Positions 28,709 to 38,866 of a stretch of 64,000 bases of DNA are shown piece after piece; the first letter of the stretch is position 1, and each line of letters opens with the position of its first letter. The DNA is taken from the IMG/VR virus record IMGVR_UViG_3300021399_000100; one strand, 5' to 3'. The notes under the pieces were generated by a model that was given only the letters and a program-made list of their open reading frames with translations, made no database searches and was not told the origin of the DNA. The stretch is from a virus. Its lineage: Duplodnaviria > Caudoviricetes. Both the position numbers and the translations under genes were made by a program.

Positions 28709-30757
28709 ATGAACGTAAAAGACAAGTACAGGGAGCTATCTGATCAGGAACACGTGCTGACACGTCCTGGCATGTATATCGGGGCAACTGCACCTGAGAG
28801 TACTGAGTTCAGTGTATATTCAGCAGAGCTGGGCAGGCATGAGTTCAAGACAGATATTATATCTCCTGCATTGCTGAAGATGTTTGACGAGATCCTTTCC
28901 AATTCAATAGATGAGAGCAAGCGCAAGGGTAGCCAACTCAACTCCATTGATGTTACTTTTGACACAGAAACTGGCAAGATAACTGTCAAAGACAATGGAG
29001 GAATGCCTGTGGAAGAGTATTCACCTGGATTGTATGTTCCGGAATTATGCTTTTCTAGATTGAGAGCAGGGTCCAATTTCAATGACGATGATAAAAGAAC
29101 GGGTGTCGGAACTAATGGTCTGGGAAGCACACTGGTGAATATTTTTTCTTCTGTGTTCAGCGTAGAGACATGTGATAAGAAGAAGCTATATTATAAAGAA
29201 TGGTCCAATAATATGAGGGAAAGCAAATCCCCTGTAATTAAAAGATGCAAAGACCATTACACTACAATATCGTATCTCCCTGATTATAACAGACTTGACT
29301 CAGAGTGGAAAGACCGGTCTCATAGCTATATGTGCGTATATAAGGAAAGATGCGAACAGGCTGCTATATCATCAGAAGGACTGAGAATAACGTTCAACGG
29401 AGAACTTCTTGACTGGACATTCGACAGGTATGTAAAATCATTCGACCCAGAAGCAATAGATTTATGTTCTAATCTCAAGACGTATTTTAAGAATACTGGA
29501 AATAAAGAAACACCTTGGAGTATTTGCGTAGGAAGCGCAGGCCGAGATATATCTATGGTGAACGGGTCTATTACACGAAGCGGAGGTTCACATGTGAGAT
29601 ACATCAAAGAGCGTATAGTGAAAGCGGTGCAGACTAATCTGTCTCAAAAGAAGATTATCATTCCTGATAATATTATCTCGAGCAATATTTCTCTATATAT
29701 TTCTGCGACCGTTATAAACCCGACGTATTCGTCCCAGACTAAAGAGAAGCTAACGTCACCATCTAGCTCTTTTGTGGGTGCGCCCGATGTCATGCCTGCA
29801 ACTGCAGCCAGAGACATATGCAAGACAGATATCATCAACAGGATAATTGAGAGCTATGAAAACAAAATAGCCAAGCAGCTAGCCAAGCAGGCTGCTGCAT
29901 CAAATATAAATATACCTAAGCTGATAGATCTGCCTTCAGTAAAATATTTTGAAGAGCCGCGAGAACTGTGGATATTTGAAGGGGACTCTGCAGCCGACGG
30001 TTTTTATCATAGCAGAAAGAACAATCAAGGATGTCTCCCTATTAGGGGAAAGATAGTCAATTGCTACGAACTGACTAAATCGCAGGCGGTGAAGAACCAG
30101 GAAGTCCATGATATATTTCTCGCATTAGGTATTCTGGATAAGAAAGATGACGAGATCTTTGTATATAGCGACAGCAAAACAGTATCTATCACACTTGTAG
30201 ATGGTAGCAAAGATGTTCACGAAGACTCTGAAATAATATACAACGAAAAGGTGTACTCATTAAAAGATTTTCGTAAATTATTAAAAACCAATGAGGTACG
30301 ATGCGACGAAATCCTTGAGAAACGTCTAGTAGAGAGTCATTGCATGCGGTATGACAATATTGTGATATCAAGTGATGCAGATATTGATGGAGACGCTATC
30401 TGTGGTTTGCTGCTGAACATGTTCCATAAGTATTACCCTTCCCTGTTGACACAAGGAAGGATATTCAGAGCAATCACTCCATTATTAACGTGCAAATATA
30501 AGAACGGCAAATCACATGATATCCTGACATTCTATAGTCTGGATGAGTTTAATGCATTCGCTTCGAAAAAAGATAACAAAGACATGATATCTGATATTCA
30601 GTATAAGAAAGGTCTGGGCTCTCTGAAGGATGACGAGTTCAAGGATATGATGCACAATACACACCGAAAATATTTTTATGCGTTGGACGACAAGCCGTTC
30701 GAAGAATGGTGGGGTAAAGACACAGAAGCCCGCAAAAAGTATATAGCAGGGCTATAA
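28709..30757 (+). CDS. DNA topoisomerase II large (ATPase + TOPRIM) subunit, T4 gp39+60-like
   Basis: EHVLTRPGMYIG, DEILSNSID, DNGGM, GTNGLG, EGDSA, PIRGK, SDADIDG, YKKGLG. Confidence 0.93.
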   Translation: MNVKDKYRELSDQEHVLTRPGMYIGATAPESTEFSVYSAELGRHEFKTDIISPALLKMFDEILSNSIDESKRKGSQLNSIDVTFDTETGKITVKDNGGMPVEEYSPGLYVPELCFSRLRAGSNFNDDDKRTGVGTNGLGSTLVNIFSSVFSVETCDKKKLYYKEWSNNMRESKSPVIKRCKDHYTTISYLPDYNRLDSEWKDRSHSYMCVYKERCEQAAISSEGLRITFNGELLDWTFDRYVKSFDPEAIDLCSNLKTYFKNTGNKETPWSICVGSAGRDISMVNGSITRSGGSHVRYIKERIVKAVQTNLSQKKIIIPDNIISSNISLYISATVINPTYSSQTKEKLTSPSSSFVGAPDVMPATAARDICKTDIINRIIESYENKIAKQLAKQAAASNINIPKLIDLPSVKYFEEPRELWIFEGDSAADGFYHSRKNNQGCLPIRGKIVNCYELTKSQAVKNQEVHDIFLALGILDKKDDEIFVYSDSKTVSITLVDGSKDVHEDSEIIYNEKVYSLKDFRKLLKTNEVRCDEILEKRLVESHCMRYDNIVISSDADIDGDAICGLLLNMFHKYYPSLLTQGRIFRAITPLLTCKYKNGKSHDILTFYSLDEFNAFASKKDNKDMISDIQYKKGLGSLKDDEFKDMMHNTHRKYFYALDDKPFEEWWGKDTEARKKYIAGL

Positions 30758-30833
30758 CACATAATGATAACGTATCGTGGAATGTTAGTGATTATATTAT
30801 AAATATTCCAGCATAATAAAAAAATAAGACTAA

Positions 30834-31313
30834 ATGGATAATAGCGAAAGAGACGAGGCTTTGAAGCCCCAGACATTTACAGATGCAGATGTCTTTTACG
30901 GACTCTATGACAGTGATGTCACAACCATTCCCAACGAAAAGGAGAAGGTGAAGAACCAGGTAGAAAACCTGCTGAAGATAAAGGATTTGAACGAGAGGCA
31001 ATATACTGCATTAGCCGTATACGAAGAGGTATCTCTCTATCTATCTCGAGATATGGGCCGTTGCGATATCATGAGCAGATGGTTCGACGATGCGGTATCG
31101 TCCTATTCTATCGCCCTTATGATGTTCCATCCTCTGAAGATGACATCTACTGAAAGAGCGGGGATCGCCCGTTGCCAATACTCTGTGGTGGGCAAGAAGA
31201 TAGACGTCCTGCGTAGTGCTATCGCTTATTGGAAGGAACAGGTATCTATCCTGAAGAACATTCTATACTCTGTTAGAAATAATATTGATCTGATGAAGGA
31301 GGGCTTGCTATGA
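30834..31313 (+). CDS. UvsY-like recombination mediator (tentative)
   Basis: Helical 159 aa protein ending YW...V.ILKNI.YSVRNNIDL, resembling the UvsY C-terminus; directly before the polymerase. Confidence 0.45.
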   Translation: MDNSERDEALKPQTFTDADVFYGLYDSDVTTIPNEKEKVKNQVENLLKIKDLNERQYTALAVYEEVSLYLSRDMGRCDIMSRWFDDAVSSYSIALMMFHPLKMTSTERAGIARCQYSVVGKKIDVLRSAIAYWKEQVSILKNILYSVRNNIDLMKEGLL

Positions 31314-32917
31314 TATTTGATATAGTTCCTGATGACCGCGCAGAAATCCTCCGAGTGGGGTACGTTTATGGTGGTGAGAAATTTATTCACGAAATTGACT
31401 GCAAGGGACAGTGGTATAACTTATGCACTGATGAGGAAGGCGTCATGGACGCATATATCACTAAGTCTATTACAGATACGCCCAGAAACAAGAAGAAGAG
31501 ATCCAAACCAGTTATGGCATATACTAATTGGGATGGTGCTAGATTGTTTCAGGTATGGGAGAACCGTCTATGTCTGCAGAGAATGTATGACATCGTATGG
31601 GACCAGCCTAAAGAAATCCTAGATAAGATATTGGCACCTTCCGACTATAGGATATGCTTCTGTGATATTGAGACGGATATCAGCGACGATGGATTCGCTG
31701 AGCCAAAATCAGCAGAAATGGCTATCACTACTATATCTATGATGATAGGCCATAAAGTTGTGGTGTTGGGTACACGTCCTCTCGTTACAGAGATGGGTCA
31801 GACTCAAAGCAGCATATGCACGAAGCTTACAGAAAGGATCAGAAAGTACGTAGGTGACTCTAAGATAGAGTTTTCATACATTATGCACCCTAACGAATTA
31901 TCTATGCTAGAGGCATTCTTCATGATTCTGAACCAGAGTGTAGATGTATTGACTGGTTGGAACTTCACGTGCTTCGACTGGTATTACATATATAATAGAT
32001 GTGCTAAAATAAGCAGTCCTAAAGAAAGGGACGATATGATAGCAAGAGGGTCTATTATGGGTACTACTGTAAGTATGCAGATGACAGACCGAAGCGGTAC
32101 GAAGCTGCAGGCCCGCCGCCCTGCGCAGCTGTTGATATTTGACTATATTAGCATGTTTGAGCAATTCCCTCCAACAAACCTTGCAAGCTATGCATTGGAT
32201 AGCGTCGGCGAGTCTTTTGCTGGCATCAAGAAAGTGGCGTATGAAGGGTCATTAAAGGACTTATATAATAATGACTATAATTCATACGTGTTCTATAATG
32301 CTATTGACTCGTGTATCGTTAAGAAAATCCATGACAAGAGAAAGTCTATGACGTTTGGTATACGGCAGGCTGTTATTGCTAGATGTACTGCTGCTAAAGT
32401 CTTGTCCAAGACATTTCTGGCAGAAAGGCTGATGGCGTGGGAGTTCCGTAAAGAGAATAAAAGGCTGGCGGGCTTGAAGCGGGATAACAAGAAAGAAAAA
32501 GACACCCAATATGAGGGTGCCTACGTAAAAGATCCTGTGGTGGGCTTTCATAAGATAATCTCATGTAATGACTTTGCATCGCTATACCCTAATACGGTCC
32601 GCGGTTATAATATCGGCCCTGAAACTATTGTGGGCAAGATCGATATGAATGATACGAAACGAGTGGCCGCGCTCCGTGCTAATAAAGATTTCATCTTGAC
32701 TCATAATGGAACGTTGTTCCGCAAGAAAGATGGCCACTTGAAAAATATCATGACAGAATTGTTCTCTTCGCGTAAAGCTAAAAAGAAAGAAGCGCTGGCT
32801 GATATGGAGTTCGCTTATGATATCAAAGAACTGTTAGATACAGATGCATCGGATGAAGTCGTCTTGGCCTTTCTAGAGAAACACAAAGATATTATTGGAA
32901 CATTATCCACGTCATGA
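31310..32917 (+). CDS. Family B DNA polymerase, N-terminal subunit (exonuclease + motif A + first fingers helix); split gp43A-like
   Basis: ExoI DIETD, ExoII GWNFTCFD, ExoIII YNAID, YEGAYV, motif A DFASLYPN; lacks motif B (KxxxNSxYG) and motif C (YGDTDS). Confidence 0.88.
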   Translation: MIFDIVPDDRAEILRVGYVYGGEKFIHEIDCKGQWYNLCTDEEGVMDAYITKSITDTPRNKKKRSKPVMAYTNWDGARLFQVWENRLCLQRMYDIVWDQPKEILDKILAPSDYRICFCDIETDISDDGFAEPKSAEMAITTISMMIGHKVVVLGTRPLVTEMGQTQSSICTKLTERIRKYVGDSKIEFSYIMHPNELSMLEAFFMILNQSVDVLTGWNFTCFDWYYIYNRCAKISSPKERDDMIARGSIMGTTVSMQMTDRSGTKLQARRPAQLLIFDYISMFEQFPPTNLASYALDSVGESFAGIKKVAYEGSLKDLYNNDYNSYVFYNAIDSCIVKKIHDKRKSMTFGIRQAVIARCTAAKVLSKTFLAERLMAWEFRKENKRLAGLKRDNKKEKDTQYEGAYVKDPVVGFHKIISCNDFASLYPNTVRGYNIGPETIVGKIDMNDTKRVAALRANKDFILTHNGTLFRKKDGHLKNIMTELFSSRKAKKKEALADMEFAYDIKELLDTDASDEVVLAFLEKHKDIIGTLSTS

Positions 32918-32950
32918 TTGTGTTTGAATTTTTAAATGAATACATAGTAT

Positions 32951-33340
32951 ATGGATATAAATATAAATAATAACTGCAAGGCATTCACTACTTTGAAACA
33001 GTCAAAGAAGTTGATGGAAATACTACCAATTGAAAGTGCAGATATGGAGTATATACTTGAACAATGGGTAGATGAAAAAACTCATCGCCATAGGCAAGGA
33101 TATTGCGAAATTCCTGTTGTAAAAGTAGAGGATGATTGTCCAATACAACCAATAACACTTCCTTGTTGGAGTCTTGCTGCCTTGCTCGAAGTTATGCCTC
33201 ATCCAGATATATTTCGAAATTTAGAAGGTACGTGGATATTAAGTACGTTGGATTTTCCCAAAATTCGTGGCGGTTATAATAATCTTGTTGACGCATGTGT
33301 TAATATGATATTGAACTTACATGAACGTAAAATGTCGTAA
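32951..33340 (+). CDS. hypothetical protein, paralog 1 (QSKKL.EILPIESADM...CWSLAALL family)
   Basis: Shares motifs with 33449..33802. Confidence 0.75.
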   Translation: MDININNNCKAFTTLKQSKKLMEILPIESADMEYILEQWVDEKTHRHRQGYCEIPVVKVEDDCPIQPITLPCWSLAALLEVMPHPDIFRNLEGTWILSTLDFPKIRGGYNNLVDACVNMILNLHERKMS

Positions 33341-33388
33341 TAATCCACTTATGCATGAAATTTTTTGGCATTTCTGTGGTATTCGAAT

Positions 33389-33454
33389 GAATTTTTTATA
33401 TCTTTACATAAAAGAAAACAGATTGTTGAACAATTAAAATGTAAGATTATGAAA
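33389..33454 (+). repeat. 66 bp promoter+leader module, second copy at 39788-39853
   Basis: 61 of 66 identical by eye; includes TATCTTTAC, TTGTTGAACA and ATGAAA start. Confidence 0.85.
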
Positions 33455-33802
33455 TCATTCACATCAATAGAACAGTCTACGAAGTTAGCAGAAATACTCC
33501 CAATTGAAAGTGCAGATATGTGTTATATCCAAGATTTACTTGGTGGTGGTAAGTATGGAGAATACAAGCCATATATCGGTGATAAGATTCCGTCTTATGG
33601 CCAAGGTAAGATTAGATGCTGGAGCCTTTTAGCGTTGCTTAGAGTTATACCTCAGCCAGATATATCTCGAAATTCAGAAGGCACGTGGTCAATAAAATCA
33701 CGAGTTTCTAGCGAATTTGCTCAGCAAGTCGACGGTTATATTAATCTTGTTGATGCATGTGTTGATATGATCTTGGAATTACATAGATTTAAAAAGTTGT
33801 AA
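33449..33802 (+). CDS. hypothetical protein, paralog 2
   Basis: MKSFTSIEQSTKLAEILPIESADM...CWSLLALL...NLVDACV; ATG at 33449. Confidence 0.75.
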   Translation: MKSFTSIEQSTKLAEILPIESADMCYIQDLLGGGKYGEYKPYIGDKIPSYGQGKIRCWSLLALLRVIPQPDISRNSEGTWSIKSRVSSEFAQQVDGYINLVDACVDMILELHRFKKL

Positions 33803-33804
33803 TT

Positions 33805-33978
33805 ATGGACAAGCCAAAAGGTAAAAACGGTGAACGCTTTGTCAAAGTTAAAGCCATCATCAAAACATGGACAGAAGTTGAATGCATTATAGAGTATGAT
33901 ACTTATTGTGAACAGTTCATCATACCTAATGGTTTTCAAAGTGACTGCAAAATTTTAAAATGGTATTATTGTAATTAA
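33805..33978 (+). CDS. small hypothetical protein (57 aa, not in ORF track)
   Basis: MDKPKGKNGERFVKVKAII...WYYCN fills the gap between genes. Confidence 0.5.
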   Translation: MDKPKGKNGERFVKVKAIIKTWTEVECIIEYDTYCEQFIIPNGFQSDCKILKWYYCN

Positions 33979-33989
33979 AACTTAAGATT

Positions 33990-34502
33990 ATGGGATGGCG
34001 AATTTCATTCTATCTTGTCACTAAAAAAATGGCTGATAAGATAAAAAATATGACGGAAGATGAGTATCATAAAAACGAAGTCAGACTCTGTCGCAATTTG
34101 GGTAAAAAATGTATATGGCATGATACCATGACTGATTTGATCGCACATGATAATGAACAAAAATTTTCGACAGAACTATTCTCATTCGAAACAGATGATA
34201 TATATTACGGCGAGATATCTAAAGATCAGTTGAAGAATCTGATCATGGCTTCGCGTGAAAAGACAATAAATTATCTTAGCAGTGTAAATGCCGAGGATTA
34301 TATAGCACAGGCCCGTGACGATTGGGAATATCATTTTCCTGGAAATGCAACCGAACGTGAACTGTTCGCTAATTTAGATTTTAGCGACAATAAGTTCTTA
34401 ATATGTCACGGTTATACATATGAACATGCTATATACGATTTGATGCATATATATAAGAGCATCAATTGGAAAACGCATGTCTTATTATGTATTGGTAGTT
34501 GA
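33990..34502 (+). CDS. hypothetical protein
   Basis: 170 aa ORF. Confidence 0.7.
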   Translation: MGWRISFYLVTKKMADKIKNMTEDEYHKNEVRLCRNLGKKCIWHDTMTDLIAHDNEQKFSTELFSFETDDIYYGEISKDQLKNLIMASREKTINYLSSVNAEDYIAQARDDWEYHFPGNATERELFANLDFSDNKFLICHGYTYEHAIYDLMHIYKSINWKTHVLLCIGS

Positions 34503-34556
34503 TCTCCAGTGATTATGATAACATATATAATTAAAAATGTAATAATTGTTTAATAT

Positions 34557-34868
34557 ATGAAAATTTGGGAGCAATTCAAGGAATATCTGCGAGGGCATGC
34601 CGTAAACGGTAATTTGCTTTACACAAGGTTTACATTGCCTAAAACATGCGACGAAAAATACTGGTATAACAGAGGATTGCAAGATTCGATAACGGATCTT
34701 AGGGACTATGAAATACAATGCGATGCCGTATACAGTAAGAAATATGATAGCCTCGTTAGATGTCTGGCCAGGAAGGGAATCCAAGTATGTTATGATGAAA
34801 ATACAGGTATCACACATATCCACCAACTAGATTTACGTTCCAGAAATGATTTGCCTGTGATTATATAA
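34557..34868 (+). CDS. hypothetical protein
   Basis: 103 aa ORF. Confidence 0.6.
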   Translation: MKIWEQFKEYLRGHAVNGNLLYTRFTLPKTCDEKYWYNRGLQDSITDLRDYEIQCDAVYSKKYDSLVRCLARKGIQVCYDENTGITHIHQLDLRSRNDLPVII

Positions 34869-34884
34869 TAAAAATTATAGTTAT

Positions 34885-35967
34885 ATGAAAACAATCGCGA
34901 TAGATCATAGTTCGTTTATGATATCAACGTTATCGTCATTCATCAACGGTAATAAGATCAAATCAAAAGACGAACCTCTTTCTAATCCAGATGACGTACA
35001 AATGTTCGGCGATATCATGATATCACGAATGAGTAATATCTTATGTGATATTGCAGAGCAGGGCGATAGAGTTGCACTGTGCATTGATAAAAAAGACAGA
35101 GACAGCAAATACTGGCGTCACAGACTTCCCAACAGAGTATCTGGGTTATATAAACTGTCTCGTGATAATTCGGTATTCGCGACAGTTTCTAATGAAGGGT
35201 TGAATACTGCAAAAGACAGGTTTTTCAACTGGTGTTTGGATAATGGGTTAGTAAAGCTGTCTTTAGAAGGGTTTGAGGCAGATGATATCATTGCTGAACT
35301 AGTCAAGAGGACGGACAAATCGATTATAATATCGCCAGATGGAGATTTCAACCAGCTTATAAGCAGTCCCAATATCATCAGGATAGACCCAATTAGATGG
35401 AGAGCCTACCGATATAATGTAGACAGTTCTGACTGGTTCGGTGTTCAGTCGTTTGACGGCATGTGGGCTGATGCAATTTTGAAGGCTCTAGAGATTACTG
35501 ACGTAACATTAGTCAATGCTAATTTCGCATTGCTTGTCAAGATCCTTATGGGTGATAAATCCGACTGCATCCCATCTGTACACACATACACCACAGCCAC
35601 AGGTCGGACTATGGGCGTTGGGGAGAAGACCGCCGCTAAAATGATATTGTCCGCATTCTCTGATATGTCATCAGTGAAACACTACAGTGATATCACTCAG
35701 AATGAAAAAATAGCAATGTGCAGCGTTCTGAAAGATCCTGTTATAGAAGATGTGATTCGGAGAATGGATGAGAATGCTGAAATGGTAATGCTCAATAATG
35801 CGGGTCTCACCGAGATTCTCAATCCAGTAATAACTATGATAGACGCTCTTGATGCTACAGAATCAATATTCAAGGGTGTAGAAAGCGTGTCGGTTGCTGG
35901 TGCATCTGGTACATTTATACGAACAATAGAAACACCAACGGAATTTAGTGATTATGTTTTTGACTAA
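34885..35967 (+). CDS. 5'-3' exonuclease / T4 RNase H-like (FEN family)
   Basis: YWR..., YK.SR, EADDII, SPDGDFNQL, GDKSDCIP, GVGEKTA. Confidence 0.88.
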   Translation: MKTIAIDHSSFMISTLSSFINGNKIKSKDEPLSNPDDVQMFGDIMISRMSNILCDIAEQGDRVALCIDKKDRDSKYWRHRLPNRVSGLYKLSRDNSVFATVSNEGLNTAKDRFFNWCLDNGLVKLSLEGFEADDIIAELVKRTDKSIIISPDGDFNQLISSPNIIRIDPIRWRAYRYNVDSSDWFGVQSFDGMWADAILKALEITDVTLVNANFALLVKILMGDKSDCIPSVHTYTTATGRTMGVGEKTAAKMILSAFSDMSSVKHYSDITQNEKIAMCSVLKDPVIEDVIRRMDENAEMVMLNNAGLTEILNPVITMIDALDATESIFKGVESVSVAGASGTFIRTIETPTEFSDYVFD

Positions 35968-36613
35968 AAATATTTATCTATGCATTCCTGCATCACAAGC
36001 GATATGCAAGATAGTCGAAGATAACATCGGCGATTCTAACGCAGTATGCAACCTTTTGGTAGAGTTCGAAAAGACTCTTATTGATAACGTTGTATGCGAT
36101 CTAGTATATCACAGAGTGAATAACGGACCCAAAATGATAGAGAAGCACCTTGGCAAGATAGCTGATGTAGCTGCAGCACGATTAGTTTCAGTGGCCTTAC
36201 AGCAATCTAATAAGGAGCCTATAGTATCTGATGGTCGTATCTTATTTGATATAGATACTATTGAACTTATCAAGAGCTTCCGTAGCCTTCCTGCATTCTG
36301 CACAAATATGTCGTCTTGCGTACTTGACAACATACAGGATAATGGAGAAGTCCCTGAGTTTAATTGTGACGATATGTTGATAATATTGCACGCCACACTA
36401 GTCTCTACTCTGGATGAAACAGACTTCTACCTAAAGGCTAAAGAATTTGCAACGGCCACAGCCAATTTGGCTGATTTACAGAAAGCTATCGACAATATAG
36501 AGAATGCGACGAAATTGTTGGCCACGAAATGTACATATCTATATATCGCTAAAGCTATAGAGAATACTTCTCTTTGGAAAAGCAATACAGCAAAACTAAA
36601 CGGCGAATCATGA
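35954..36613 (+). CDS. hypothetical protein
   Basis: ORF overlapping RNase H stop; ATG 35954. Confidence 0.65.
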   Translation: MFLTKNIYLCIPASQAICKIVEDNIGDSNAVCNLLVEFEKTLIDNVVCDLVYHRVNNGPKMIEKHLGKIADVAAARLVSVALQQSNKEPIVSDGRILFDIDTIELIKSFRSLPAFCTNMSSCVLDNIQDNGEVPEFNCDDMLIILHATLVSTLDETDFYLKAKEFATATANLADLQKAIDNIENATKLLATKCTYLYIAKAIENTSLWKSNTAKLNGES

Positions 36614-37032
36614 GCAAGAATCTTTATGATGTAGTTAAAGAACTACAAAACGGCACAGCACACTGTATAGAGGACGAAGATGTCAAATCTATCATGTTCC
36701 CTCTAGTCAGAATGTATTATCCATATATCCCTTTCAGTGCCAGCAGCACCATAATGAAAGCAGAATTTCCGTTGAATTGGAAACTGCTCAAATCAGTAGC
36801 CAACGGCGTTAAGTTCAAGGGGATGTACAAGAAAGTTGTCAAAGATGATAACATTATATCTATTTTCAAGCGTAAATCTGGTCTTGGGTTGCGACATGTC
36901 AACGAAGTATGTGCATTCTATAATACAGATATCAAGACACTTAATATGATGGCATCCGATGATGATGTTTTCAACGAGATCCAAGATATCGATAGCCAGA
37001 TAGACAAAATGATGGCATCTGAAGACGAATAA
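36610..37032 (+). CDS. hypothetical protein (weak resemblance to clamp-loader small subunit gp62)
   Basis: ATGA overlap; size and basic KFKGMYKK segment only. Confidence 0.4.
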   Translation: MSKNLYDVVKELQNGTAHCIEDEDVKSIMFPLVRMYYPYIPFSASSTIMKAEFPLNWKLLKSVANGVKFKGMYKKVVKDDNIISIFKRKSGLGLRHVNEVCAFYNTDIKTLNMMASDDDVFNEIQDIDSQIDKMMASEDE

Positions 37033-37055
37033 TTTAGTAGTTTCATAATATTGGG

Positions 37056-37100
37056 GACGCCCGGAGTTTTTATATTTGTATATAAAAATTTCGGGCGTTT
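37056..37100 (+). terminator. Long hairpin terminator
   Basis: gacgcccggagttttt/aaaaatttcgggcgtt. Confidence 0.7.
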
Positions 37101-37174
37101 TGTGGTTATTAAATGATTTTTTTATATCTTTACATCATAAGAAAGATACAAACTAAAATATAGGAGGATCGGAT

Positions 37175-37330
37175 ATGAAACGCTATATCGTAATAATATC
37201 GGGCGAAGTACGTGAATCGTTTGATTCATTGGACGAAGCTCAGGATTGTGTGATAGCATTATGTATCAATGATGCTTCTTGTTCAAATATAATAATATGG
37301 GACCAACTAACAGAAAGTGAAGTTGATTGA
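37175..37330 (+). CDS. small hypothetical early protein (51 aa, not in ORF track)
   Basis: MKRYIVIISGEVRESFDSLDEAQD...; downstream of early promoter 37101-37133; AGGAGG upstream. Confidence 0.55.
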   Translation: MKRYIVIISGEVRESFDSLDEAQDCVIALCINDASCSNIIIWDQLTESEVD

Positions 37331-37403
37331 AAAAATTATAGAAACTGTTTGGACAATATATAAAAAGTTCGTATTTTTATGGTATAAATAAAAAGATAAC
37401 GTC

Positions 37404-38102
37404 ATGGAAACAGAATCAACAAAAGGATTTTTCAAAGGCTTCGAATATGAGGCCGTACTAAAGTACGTAAACAAAATAGCCCGCTCGCTGCAGGGCTTAT
37501 TGACAGACCGTTCGTTGGAATATGACGATCTTGTAGGATATGGGTTGGTTGCTGCAACCAACGCGTTTGTAAAATGGGACAACGCTCACAACGGTGACCG
37601 CGCAGACGTACCGCATCTTGAGGCATATATAAAGACCTGCATTGCAGGAAACATGAAGAATGTATTCATTTCTGCAAAGCGCCGCAACCAACTCGCTGAA
37701 GATATGTCGGTTACAGACACTGACGATGAAGACGAAGATGACATTCAGGAAGACATTCCTGAGGCATACAATATGGCTGAAGATGATCATGATGACATAT
37801 GTGGCAAATCACAAAGGAAATTTGCAAAAATATTCCACGCAGGTGATGACGAGAGTTCTATAGCCATGATGGATCTTGCTTCAGCAAAAGTGGCAGAAGA
37901 CGAAGATGAAAGAATCTACGCATTAGAAGACTTCATCAAGACACTATCAGGGATAGACCTAGAAATCATGAATAACATGCTAAGTCGCTCTGATGATAGC
38001 ATAAAAGACATTGCCACCCGACATAATGTATCGGCGGGTTATATTAGCAGAAGAAGCGCCAGTATCCGAGACATGGCTCGGGAGTTCATACTAGCTTATT
38101 AG
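37404..38102 (+). CDS. Phage-encoded sigma70-family RNA polymerase sigma factor
   Basis: Region 2-like YDDLVGYGLVAATNAFVKWD...LEAYIKTCIAG; region 4 HTH SIKDIATRHNVSAGYISRR; own early promoter 37348-37380. Confidence 0.8.
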   Translation: METESTKGFFKGFEYEAVLKYVNKIARSLQGLLTDRSLEYDDLVGYGLVAATNAFVKWDNAHNGDRADVPHLEAYIKTCIAGNMKNVFISAKRRNQLAEDMSVTDTDDEDEDDIQEDIPEAYNMAEDDHDDICGKSQRKFAKIFHAGDDESSIAMMDLASAKVAEDEDERIYALEDFIKTLSGIDLEIMNNMLSRSDDSIKDIATRHNVSAGYISRRSASIRDMAREFILAY

Positions 38103-38148
38103 TATTTGCTACATAACACATAAAATTGTAATTAGTAAATAATTATAT

Positions 38149-38592
38149 ATGGACAAGAATATTATTTTAATAGCAGTAAGACCTAAAACTAATAGCTCTT
38201 ACACCGCGAAGAAAGCTACTGTGCTTTCTAAATTGGATCTTCATTTCATTGATTATGTACCACATATCGAACCTGATGATAATCTTTCAGAATGGAAAGT
38301 CGTCACAAGACAAGACCTACAGGACATAGAAGACGTGGTGTATAAACAGATACTCAAGGAACTTGAGGGCGCACCCAACACCCAGCTTCTCAAAGAGGCT
38401 ACATCCGTCGGTAGTGCGCTAGACATCGTGTCTGCATATGTATGGTCTATGCGTGTGGTGCAGTCTGAGAAAGATATCATTCAGCGTATTGCTGACATGA
38501 TAGTTGCTTGCAACGCTATAGCACTTGCAAGAAAGATGTACGAGTTAAACTCGAATATTGAATTAATAATCAAACAAGATACTGAACATTAA
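38149..38592 (+). CDS. hypothetical protein
   Basis: 147 aa ORF; GTAAATA at 38135. Confidence 0.65.
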   Translation: MDKNIILIAVRPKTNSSYTAKKATVLSKLDLHFIDYVPHIEPDDNLSEWKVVTRQDLQDIEDVVYKQILKELEGAPNTQLLKEATSVGSALDIVSAYVWSMRVVQSEKDIIQRIADMIVACNAIALARKMYELNSNIELIIKQDTEH

Positions 38593-38601
38593 TTAAATAA
38601 A

Positions 38602-38862
38602 ATGGATGTATATGTAATATTATCAATCTTGGGATGGGCTGCAACTATATGCAGAGCCATCGGAATGTTCGTTAAAAACGAACTAGCTATCAAATGTTGG
38701 ACATCTGCTGGCAATGCTGGATGGCTTGCCGTAGGATTAATTCAATGGCAAATTCTAGACATGTCTATGACACTGTTTGTGTCGAACGCATTATGTATCG
38801 CTGTCTTCATGTACTCAATGTATCAATTGAAGAAAGCCAAAGTATTAACAAACAAAAAATAA
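38602..38862 (+). CDS. small three-helix membrane protein
   Basis: Three hydrophobic segments, LGW.AT...GN..W pattern (YgjV/SemiSWEET-like size). Confidence 0.65.
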   Translation: MDVYVILSILGWAATICRAIGMFVKNELAIKCWTSAGNAGWLAVGLIQWQILDMSMTLFVSNALCIAVFMYSMYQLKKAKVLTNKK

Positions 38863-38866
38863 GCAT

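Noticed and set aside
32918-34900. Intron or frameshift continuing the DNA polymerase
   Set aside because: Downstream DNA is filled with ordinary small ORFs and no motif B/C exon appears in the ORF track.
36610-37032. Firm call as clamp-loader subunit gp62
   Set aside because: Similarity is limited to size and a basic patch, and no gp44/gp45 neighbours are present.
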